The notes below the pieces were generated by a model. That model ran no database searches. It saw nothing but the letters and a program-made list of their open reading frames with translations, and had not been told where the DNA came from. Below, one piece after another: positions 37,780-45,035 of a DNA stretch of 46,411 nt. Source of the stretch: Candidatus Vogelbacteria bacterium (GTDB taxonomy: Bacteria; Patescibacteriota; Minisyncoccia; Phycocordibacterales; XYD1-FULL-46-19). The stretch's first letter is position 1; each line of letters starts with the position of its first letter. The stretch covers positions 1-46,411 of the forward strand of contig JAHFNY010000002.1 of NCBI GenBank assembly GCA_023267075.1, in the 5' to 3' direction. The position numbers were made by a program, and so were the translations under genes.

Positions 37780-38616
37780 TTACAAACTACCTGGAAATTT
37801 AAGAATCTTTAGCTGACTTTCTATACACTTTTCAATATACCCAACAAATTTTGTTATTTTTTCTTCTGGAAGTAAATCCACTAAAAAATATTCCGATCGC
37901 AATAAACCGCCTGTTGGTATTTTTTGTTCAAAAGCATATCTAGTTTCAAGTTGTAAATAATCAACATCATAAGTAGACCAGTTTTGATCTCCTATATTCT
38001 TACAAAAAATATTACTATCAGTCTTGTAAATAACCATTGGAAAACTCACAATACCACCTTTAATAGTAGCGGCTAATTCTTTTTCAGTCCATAAACCAAG
38101 ATCTTTCCTATCTCTAAAAAATATTAACGAATTTAAAACTTGATTTACAGCTTTAAAAATAGGCTCATTTTCCGTATCTTTTGATTGTTTTCCCTCAGTT
38201 TCTCCACAAAACATTTTTATAACTTTATTTTCTTCTCCATAATGAAGTTCTTTTGTATAAACATTACTTCCAAAGGTATCCCTTATACCGTAAGTTTTTT
38301 GTATGAGTTTTTCAGAGTTTATTTTATCCTTACCATCTAACCAAAGATAAATATCATTTGTTAAATTTTTACATTCAATAATCAATCTTAATAAGACATA
38401 AACGTATTCTTCTCCAAAAAACCACGGTAATGGTATAATCTTTTCACAAATAATATCTAATTCACGTGGTAAGTCTCTACCAGTATCGACATAATATGGA
38501 CTAATTAAAGCCTTCCAGCCCAGCTTTCTTAGTTCAACAACAACTCTCTCAGTGAGATTATTGCCGTGATTTATCATAGTTTGTTTATCTTTTGTGCTAG
38601 ATTTACTATGATTCAT
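37780..38616 (-). CDS. Hypothetical protein with a PD-(D/E)xK nuclease-like motif
   Basis: RELDIICEK...LIIECK; very AT-rich compared with secF. Confidence 0.6.
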   Translation of the reverse strand: MNHSKSSTKDKQTMINHGNNLTERVVVELRKLGWKALISPYYVDTGRDLPRELDIICEKIIPLPWFFGEEYVYVLLRLIIECKNLTNDIYLWLDGKDKINSEKLIQKTYGIRDTFGSNVYTKELHYGEENKVIKMFCGETEGKQSKDTENEPIFKAVNQVLNSLIFFRDRKDLGLWTEKELAATIKGGIVSFPMVIYKTDSNIFCKNIGDQNWSTYDVDYLQLETRYAFEQKIPTGGLLRSEYFLVDLLPEEKITKFVGYIEKCIESQLKILKFPGSL

Positions 38617-39535
38617 CTAAAAATTTCTTCCCCTTATTTGAAACGTGCTTTTCGGAGAATTTATTCCAGGTTACGAGGAGGGGTGAAGCGATGAAGATGG
38701 AAGAGTAGGTACCCACGATCATACCAATAGTAAGAGCAAGGGCGAAGTCGCGCGTGGTCTCCCCGCCGAAGAAGTAGAGCGCGAGCAAGGCGAGGATCAC
38801 GGTTAAGGAGGTGTTAATGGACCGAGTGAAAGTTTGCGAGAGCGAGATGCCCACCGTTTCTTCAAAGTGAGGTGAGATTTTAAGTTTTAAGTTTTCCCGG
38901 ATCCGGTCAAAGACAACGATGGTGTCGTTTACAGAAAGACCAAGAATCGTAAGGAGCGCGGTTAAGAAAAGGGCGTCAATTTCCGTCCCGTGAATGGCAC
39001 CCAAGTAGGCAAAGACGCCGGTGGGGATGAGGAGATCGTGCACCAGCGTGGCAATGGCAATGAGACCATATTTCCAAGAAGAAACTGGTCGCGAGACCCC
39101 GCGGAAGGCGAAGGTAATAAATAAAATAATTAAGAGCGAGACTAAACTAATGGCAATAATCGCCTTTTGGGCTAATTCCGCCCCGAGCGACGGGCCAATA
39201 GAACTAAATTGTTTCTCGACTACCGAAGAAGTGGCGTTTAAAGCGGCGGCTTGAATCAGCGTATTTTTCTCATCATTGGTAATAGTCCGAAGGCGCATCA
39301 CCAGACCTTGATCACCAGTCGGTTGAACAGAGACGGTCCCAAGATTAAGTTTATTAACCGCGGCGCGAATGTCATCAATCGCCGGCCGAGTGCCAGTGTA
39401 ATTAAGCTCCACAATTGTCCCCCCTTTAAAATCAATGCCGAAGTTAAGACCAAAGAAGATCATCGCCGCAAGAGAAGCGAGGAGGGCAAAGCCAGAGAGA
39501 AGATAGAAAAATTTTCGGTATTTAATGACCCACAT
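38606..39535 (-). CDS. secF: Protein translocase subunit SecF
   Basis: GIDFKGGT, IGPSLG, HDL, SVNDTIVVFDRIREN, RSINTS, GTYSSIFIASP. Confidence 0.97.
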   Translation of the reverse strand: MWVIKYRKFFYLLSGFALLASLAAMIFFGLNFGIDFKGGTIVELNYTGTRPAIDDIRAAVNKLNLGTVSVQPTGDQGLVMRLRTITNDEKNTLIQAAALNATSSVVEKQFSSIGPSLGAELAQKAIIAISLVSLLIILFITFAFRGVSRPVSSWKYGLIAIATLVHDLLIPTGVFAYLGAIHGTEIDALFLTALLTILGLSVNDTIVVFDRIRENLKLKISPHFEETVGISLSQTFTRSINTSLTVILALLALYFFGGETTRDFALALTIGMIVGTYSSIFIASPLLVTWNKFSEKHVSNKGKKFLDES

Positions 39536-39559
39536 ATGTTTATAGCTTCGTTAGCTTCA

Positions 39560-40879
39560 TTAGCTTTTTAGGCCAGAAGAAAATAAAAAGGTTGATAATT
39601 TGGTTTTGTGTTTTACCCCCAAAGCTAAGAGGAAAGTCCGGGTCACACTAATCGCCGTGAACATGGAAAGGACAGTTCCTAAAGCAAAAGTGAGGGCAAA
39701 GCCTTTAATCAGCGCCGTGCCGAACCAGAACAAAATAATACCGGCAATAATGTGAGCAATATTAGAATCGCGGATGGCGAGCCACGCCCGCGAGAAACCA
39801 GCGCTAATTGCCTCATGCATCTTCTGCTCTTTCTTCAACTCTTCCTTCAAGCGTTCAAAAATGAGGACATTGGCATCCACCGCAATACCGATAGACAGAA
39901 TAAAACCGGCAATCCCCGCGGCGGTAAGCGTGACCGGCACCAGTTTAAAAATGGCAAGCATCAGGGCGCTATAAATGGCGAGTGACACCACCGCCACCAC
40001 GCCCGGCAAGCGATACCACACAATCATAAAGAGGGCGATAATGAGAAAGCCCATCTCCCCCGCCTTGACCCCCTTAGCTAAAGCGTCAGCGCCAAGGGTG
40101 GCGCCAATCGTCTCGGTAGAAGAAAGAGTAATCGGCACCGGCAGAGCCCCAAGATTTAAATTGCGGACCAAAGTTTTAGCCTCATCTACTGTGAACTGAC
40201 CATTGATCTCGGCCTTTCCATCCAGGATTGGTTCATTCACCACCGGAGCGGAGAGGAGATTACCATCCAAATAAATGGCGAGCGGCTTGCCGACATTAGC
40301 TTTAGTAATCTCGCCGAAAAGTTTAGACCCATCAGCATTAAAAGTCAGACTAATCGATGGCCCGAGCGAATTCTGACCGTAGGTCACTTGGGCTTGCTTC
40401 AAAAAGCGACCCGTGAGACCAGAAGTAATAAATGGATCAGTGCCACTCGCCACGTTTGCCAAATCATTAATCGTTTTACCCAGTGGCAGAACTTTAAATT
40501 CCAATACCGGCGTTTGAGCAATAATCGCTAGCGCTTGCTTAAGATCCGTCACGCCGGGTAACTCCACCAACAAGCGGTGTTTGGCACTGTCACCAAGACC
40601 AGCTTGCTCGGTTTGGACTAATGGTTCCGAGACGCCGAAGACATTGACCCGCTTCTCAATCACGTCGCGGAGTGAGCTCATGGCATCACCCACATCAGCC
40701 GGGTTAAGGGTAGAAGTGTTGGCATCGTAGATGAGGCGGGTCCCGCCCGAGAGATCCAGGCCCAGCTTAAAAGGCCGGCTTAAGAAGGCATTAGGCGCCA
40801 CCTCGGAGTGGTAAACATAAAAGCCGACGGCGAGGCCGGCGATAAGCAATAAAACGGCAATTACCCGAGTTTTAATCAT
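39560..40879 (-). CDS. secD: Protein translocase subunit SecD
   Basis: LGLDLSGG, GVSEP, VELPG, GALPVP, GIAVDANVLIFERLKEE, IRDSN. Start is 40879 (alternative 40891). Confidence 0.97.
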   Translation of the reverse strand: MIKTRVIAVLLLIAGLAVGFYVYHSEVAPNAFLSRPFKLGLDLSGGTRLIYDANTSTLNPADVGDAMSSLRDVIEKRVNVFGVSEPLVQTEQAGLGDSAKHRLLVELPGVTDLKQALAIIAQTPVLEFKVLPLGKTINDLANVASGTDPFITSGLTGRFLKQAQVTYGQNSLGPSISLTFNADGSKLFGEITKANVGKPLAIYLDGNLLSAPVVNEPILDGKAEINGQFTVDEAKTLVRNLNLGALPVPITLSSTETIGATLGADALAKGVKAGEMGFLIIALFMIVWYRLPGVVAVVSLAIYSALMLAIFKLVPVTLTAAGIAGFILSIGIAVDANVLIFERLKEELKKEQKMHEAISAGFSRAWLAIRDSNIAHIIAGIILFWFGTALIKGFALTFALGTVLSMFTAISVTRTFLLALGVKHKTKLSTFLFSSGLKS

Positions 40880-40921
40880 AGACCTGGCCATTATAGCCAA
40901 ACGGGCTTAAAAATCAACAAT

Positions 40922-40956
40922 AAACAAAACTCCCCTGATTTGAAAAACCAGAGGAG
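40922..40956 (-). terminator. Terminator-like hairpin 14 nt downstream of the DGR TR
   Basis: CTCCTCTGG-TTTTTCAAA-TCAGGGGAG (9 bp with two G-U pairs) followed by TTTTGTTT. Confidence 0.75.
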
Positions 40957-40970
40957 AAATGAAGTAAGTT

Positions 40971-41101
40971 GCGAGAACGGAAAACAAACTGGTTGTCCGG
41001 ATTCCACCTGTTGTCAGGCTTCGCCCAATTGTCGTTCAGCCACAAATCGTCGTCGTTCCGGTCCAGGTTGAACACCTTCGGGTTACCGGCCGAGTCAGTT
41101 T
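40971..41101 (-). repeat. DGR template repeat (TR)
   Basis: 131-nt ungapped match to 41480-41610. All 17 mismatches fall at TR adenines. Rich in AAC/AAT/GAC codons (ETDSAGNPKVFNLDRNDDDLWLNDNWAKPDNRWNPDNQFVFRSR). Confidence 0.96.
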
Positions 41102-41350
41102 CCGTCTAAAACGCCACCTATATCACCACCCAGCGTGAAAGTTAAGAAAACCAATCTTCTGGGTTGAATTTTATCCGGCATCTTAAATGCCTTAGCGCTT
41201 TAGACCAAGTAGCTTCATTTTTTATGAAGTTTTACCCCGCCAGACTCTCTCCGGAAAGCCGTAGCCGTCCGGACTCTCGCCTTTGCGGATACTGGATTCG
41301 GGAGCCGGAAGCCGTAGCCGCCGGTGACTATTCCCCTAGTACCGTGATTG

Positions 41351-41359
41351 ATTATAGCA
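41351..41359 (-). promoter_or_regulatory. Extended -10 promoter for the TR RNA
   Basis: Perfect TGnTATAAT (TGCTATAAT) preceded by a T-rich tract and oriented toward the TR. Confidence 0.7.
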
Positions 41360-41392
41360 AAAATAAAATGGGATAAAAAATTTGGGCGGAGC

Positions 41393-41456
41393 AAGGACCA
41401 AGGGTCAAAGTTTCAAAGGGTAAAAAATTAAAATTCAAGAATCAAGGGTCTAAGGG
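41393..41456 (-). repeat. Degenerate 7-8-nt tandem repeats just downstream of the VR
   Basis: Minus strand reads ccct-tagaccct-tgattct-tgaattt-taatttt-ttaccct-ttgaaact-ttgaccct-tggtcct-tg. Confidence 0.55.
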
Positions 41457-43303
41457 CTTGCCTGCCCGCCGGCAGGCGGGCGAGAACGGAAAACAAACCG
41501 GTAGGCCGGATCCCACCTGTAGTCAGGCTCCGCCCAATCGTCGTCCAGCCACAAATCGCCGCCGTACCGGTCCAGGTCGAACACCCTCGGGCTACCGGCC
41601 GAGCCAGTGATTGGTTCCATGGCAATTACTTTCCAATCTTCTCCTTCATATTGCAAACGAAGCTGGGGACCAACTTCGGCTGGGCAGAGGTCCAGACCAA
41701 GTTCCTCCGCTCGTTGGTAAATATCTTGAGTTGTGGCGCCTTTAGGAAAGCCGAGTTGTTCAACTGTGAATTGCACCAGTTCATAAGTCTTCAATTCTTG
41801 ACTAAATTCAGTTTCGGTAAGAATATCATCGGCGTAATCAGAAATATTAATATTCTTAACTTTTAAGGCGGCACGGGCTTTATCTGGAGAATTAACGGCA
41901 GGATTAGTTTCTAAGGTTTGCCAAAAGATTTTTTTGTCCGGGAAAGATTCGTAGAAATGCTTGATATTAGGATAATTTCTGATAGTTTTAAAGACTTCCA
42001 GATTCCACGGGCCAATATAAACCTTGGTTTGGTTGTTAAGTTCATTAACGTTGTGCGCTACCTGGTCTTTGACACAGTCAAAAATCACCAACATGTCGGC
42101 TTCTAAATTTCTACCTTTTCGCAATTCATCAATTCTTGGATCACGGCCATAACCAAAACCTTTAATTTGGCCGTTAAGCTCATAGAGGAAGGTAAGTTCA
42201 ATTTTGGTTAAAGGCTCATCCTGATTCATCTTGGTCTCAATCTCAGTCAATTTCTTCATGTCCCAACTTTTCTTTCTATAGGTCTCAGCCTCTGGCCCAA
42301 ATTCTTTTAGCTTTTCATCCAAAACTTCTTGCATCAAGGGCTCAATGTTTTGGTGGGGTAGGATCCCGCGGACTTCGCCGATTCTCTGGTTTCCATCCAT
42401 TCGGATAGCCAGACGGGGTTGAGTGGGGTTACCGTCTCTATCATTGGTGTAATAAACGTAAAAGTCGCCAGACTCAATTTGCATTTCCGCCGTGGAACGT
42501 CCAGCCGTGCACCAGCCGGTACCCTTGCCTTCTAGCGATTGAAAAAGTTTGGCTGCGTCTCCAGCTTGTTTCTGCTCATATTTTATCCACTTACCCTTTA
42601 ACTCTTCCTTATTCTCAATCTGAGTGGCAAGTGACTTCTGGATCAGTTCAGCATAGAGGGTAGGAAATTTTTTAGAAAATTTTTCTTGAATCTCTGGGTC
42701 TTTAAGATTTTTATTATCGGCTTTGACTTTTTCGTAAATGTCAGCGATTTGGGCTAATGGCTCGCGGTAAATATCAGGGTACGGAGCAACTGTGCTTGTG
42801 GTCCGCTTTTTGAATTCGCCCCGTTCTTTATCAAATTGGGAGAGTTTAGTGATGCTTCGCCAAACAAAATACTTGAACCACGCTGGATACACAGCATCAT
42901 CGGAAGTTAGATAGTCCATCCATGCATCAAGGGAAACTTTCTGATCTTCAATCACGACAGTTTTCATCTGTTCACGGACATCACTGGGAATGTGTTCTAC
43001 TGCTTGGCCTCGTTCCCTGGCCACTCGTTGTTGGAGCTCAAAATAGCTCTCGGGAAAATTCTCTCGCTTAATAATCAGTGCGTCGTAGATTTTATCGCGG
43101 AATAATTCCAAATTCCGTCGCCTAGTTTTCTCATCCGGGTTGAGAAAAATGTTCTCCAGCCGATCCATATACGCCTCGATCCGCTCAGAGGGGTCATTGG
43201 GAATCTTTTCACCAGTTTGACGTTCTTGTCGAACTACCGCTCGCTCCACTTCCAGGGAAGTCTGGAGTTCGGGATTTTTGAGGTGGAGAGGATGTTTTTC
43301 CAT
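41450..43303 (-). CDS. DGR target protein (617 aa) with a C-terminal variable region
   Basis: The last ~44 codons before the tail are the VR. The C-terminal domain (RAEELGLDLCPAEVGPQLRLQY...IAMEPI...FVFR) is compatible with a CLec-like DGR display fold (inferred). The N-terminal region with GTGWCTAG has unknown function. Confidence 0.92.
   Translation of the reverse strand: MEKHPLHLKNPELQTSLEVERAVVRQERQTGEKIPNDPSERIEAYMDRLENIFLNPDEKTRRRNLELFRDKIYDALIIKRENFPESYFELQQRVARERGQAVEHIPSDVREQMKTVVIEDQKVSLDAWMDYLTSDDAVYPAWFKYFVWRSITKLSQFDKERGEFKKRTTSTVAPYPDIYREPLAQIADIYEKVKADNKNLKDPEIQEKFSKKFPTLYAELIQKSLATQIENKEELKGKWIKYEQKQAGDAAKLFQSLEGKGTGWCTAGRSTAEMQIESGDFYVYYTNDRDGNPTQPRLAIRMDGNQRIGEVRGILPHQNIEPLMQEVLDEKLKEFGPEAETYRKKSWDMKKLTEIETKMNQDEPLTKIELTFLYELNGQIKGFGYGRDPRIDELRKGRNLEADMLVIFDCVKDQVAHNVNELNNQTKVYIGPWNLEVFKTIRNYPNIKHFYESFPDKKIFWQTLETNPAVNSPDKARAALKVKNINISDYADDILTETEFSQELKTYELVQFTVEQLGFPKGATTQDIYQRAEELGLDLCPAEVGPQLRLQYEGEDWKVIAMEPITGSAGSPRVFDLDRYGGDLWLDDDWAEPDYRWDPAYRFVFRSRPPAGGQASP
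41460..41480. repeat. GC-rich palindromic element, copy 3 (at the VR 3' boundary)
   Basis: gcctgcccgccggcaggcggg; on the coding strand GCCTGCC-GGCG-GGCAGGC is a perfect 7-bp stem with a 4-nt loop. Confidence 0.85.
41480..41610 (-). repeat. DGR variable repeat (VR)
   Basis: Encodes ITGSAGSPRVFDLDRYGGDLWLDDDWAEPDYRWDPAYRFVFRSR; differs from the TR by 11 A>G, 4 A>T and 2 A>C changes. Confidence 0.96.
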
Positions 43304-43317
43304 AACACTATAATAGA

Positions 43318-44118
43318 CTAATCAGTCGCCAGCTCAAACAAGTTCTCAAACAGTTTGGCCACGGTGATGGGGCCAACGCCGCCGGGGACGGGGGTAAAGA
43401 TCGCACATTTGTCGGCACAAGCAGGGTCGGCGTCGCCGGCCAGTTTGCCACTCGCTCCTGCCTCGCCGGCAGGCAGGTCGCTCGTGGCGGCATCAATTAA
43501 AATCACTCCCTCTTTAATCATCGCCGGTTTAATAAAGTGCGGTCGGCCGGCGCCGCTCACCACAATATCGGCCACTTTTAGTAAATCAATTAAATTATCG
43601 GTTTGAGAGTCGGCCGTTTCCACCACCGCTCCTTGTTGAGCAAGCCACACCGCCACCGGCCGGCCCACCAACTTACCTTTGCCAATCACTAGCGCTTTTT
43701 TCTTGGCGACCTCAATTCCATTTTGACTTAAAATCTCGGCAATAGCGCCAGACACTGGATCCAAGACTTTTGGCTCTGGCCCCAGAGCATCAACGTCCTT
43801 CTCGGCTGGTACCAAAGCCAAAATCTTTTCTTGATCTAAATGTTTGGGCAATGGCAACTGAACTACAATGCCAGTAATATTCTGATCATCACCCAATTTC
43901 TGAACCACCGCCTCCACATCAGCTTGAGCAATGTTGGCCTCATACTCCAACACCCGCACCTCCACCCCAATCGCTTCGCCGAATTTTTTCTTAATATTAA
44001 CAAATGAGACCGAGGCCGGATCCTCCCCCACCAAGACCGCCGCCAGAATGGGCTTGGGTTCCTTCAATTTCAACTGCTCTTTAATTTCTGCCGCGAGGGC
44101 CTTACCATCCACAATCAT
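43318..44118 (-). CDS. folD: Bifunctional methylenetetrahydrofolate dehydrogenase/cyclohydrolase
   Basis: IVDGKALA, GIVVQLPLP, EKDVD, GKLVGRP, TPVPGGVGPITVA. Confidence 0.96.
   Translation of the reverse strand: MIVDGKALAAEIKEQLKLKEPKPILAAVLVGEDPASVSFVNIKKKFGEAIGVEVRVLEYEANIAQADVEAVVQKLGDDQNITGIVVQLPLPKHLDQEKILALVPAEKDVDALGPEPKVLDPVSGAIAEILSQNGIEVAKKKALVIGKGKLVGRPVAVWLAQQGAVVETADSQTDNLIDLLKVADIVVSGAGRPHFIKPAMIKEGVILIDAATSDLPAGEAGASGKLAGDADPACADKCAIFTPVPGGVGPITVAKLFENLFELATD
43457..43477. repeat. 21-nt GC-rich palindromic element, copy 4 (in folD)
   Basis: cctgcctcgccggcaggcagg; translated as LPAGEAG between IDAATSD and ASGKLAGD. Confidence 0.88.
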
Positions 44119-44121
44119 AAA

Positions 44122-45021
44122 TTATAATAACTCGGCAATACCGTCTTCAATTTTTACCTGCGGTTCCCAACCGATTAACTTTTTCGCCAGAGAATTATCG
44201 GCTAAAGAATCTCGTGGTTCAAGACGAGCTGGAATGTGAATCACTTCCCCACCCACCAATTCCGCAATTCGATTAACCGAGACTCCATTGCCTCCACCCG
44301 TGTTCATTACTTCTCCCTGACCAACGTTATTACTTTCTGCGGCTAAGATATTCGCTCTAACAATATCTTTAATATTAGTAAAATCTCTGGTCTGCTCGCC
44401 GTCGCCAGTAATCGTCAGCGGTTCACCCCGTTTCTTTTGCTCAATAAATTTCCCAATCACCAGAGCATACGCCCCTTCGGCATTGTAACGCGGACCATAG
44501 ACATTAAAGTAACGTAAAGAAACGGTGGGTAATCCATAGACCATGGAAAAAACGCGGCAATATAATTCCCCAATATATTTTTGCAAACCGTACGGGCTCT
44601 TCGGATTAGCCGGCATTGTTTCCACCAGGGGCAAGATCGGTTGATCACCATAAGCCGAGCTGGAAGCGGAGTAAATAAGCTTTTTCACCCCCGCCTCTTT
44701 GGCGGCGACTAAAACATTTAAAGTGCCGGAGACATTGGTGTCATTAGTTTCTACTGGATGCTCAATGGAGTACGGCACCCGGGGCAAAGCGGCGAGATGG
44801 AAGACCCATTCAATATCTTTGAACAAGGGTTTAATTTCTTCTAGATTTCTAATATCGGCAAGATGGAAAATGGCTTGAGAATTAACATTCTCCTTTTTCC
44901 CCCCGGCTAAATTATCTAACACGTGGACTTCATGCCCGGCCGCCACCAAGGCATCGGTTAGATGAGAACCAATAAAACCTGCCCCGCCCACGACTAAAAC
45001 TTTCTTTTTTGTTGTATCCAT
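44122..45021 (-). CDS. NAD-dependent nucleotide-sugar epimerase/dehydratase
   Basis: GGAGFIGSH, HLAA, SSSAYG, YGLQK, RYFNVYGPR, GDGEQTRDF. Confidence 0.92.
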   Translation of the reverse strand: MDTTKKKVLVVGGAGFIGSHLTDALVAAGHEVHVLDNLAGGKKENVNSQAIFHLADIRNLEEIKPLFKDIEWVFHLAALPRVPYSIEHPVETNDTNVSGTLNVLVAAKEAGVKKLIYSASSSAYGDQPILPLVETMPANPKSPYGLQKYIGELYCRVFSMVYGLPTVSLRYFNVYGPRYNAEGAYALVIGKFIEQKKRGEPLTITGDGEQTRDFTNIKDIVRANILAAESNNVGQGEVMNTGGGNGVSVNRIAELVGGEVIHIPARLEPRDSLADNSLAKKLIGWEPQVKIEDGIAELL

Positions 45022-45035
45022 CTTTAGATTATACT

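Larger units (their letters stand above)
40922..41344 (-). ncRNA. Predicted DGR template RNA (~420 nt: structured leader, TR, 3' hairpin)
   Basis: Extended -10 upstream, several hairpins including two cUACGg-capped ones, the TR, and a terminator. No credible ORF. Ends are inferred. Confidence 0.65.

Noticed and set aside
39542..39568. Three TAGCTT-containing ~9-nt repeats between secD and secF
   Set aside because: Very short, probably a slippage duplication of the secD stop region, with no evidence of function.
41164..41376. 70-aa plus-strand ORF between TR and VR as a possible Avd
   Set aside because: It has a TTG start, is too short, is not helical-bundle-like and is antisense to the structured leader.
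40971..41610. TR/VR pair as an ordinary duplication or assembly artefact
   Set aside because: All 17 differences are at adenines of one copy and 98 other positions are identical, which neutral drift or misassembly would not produce.
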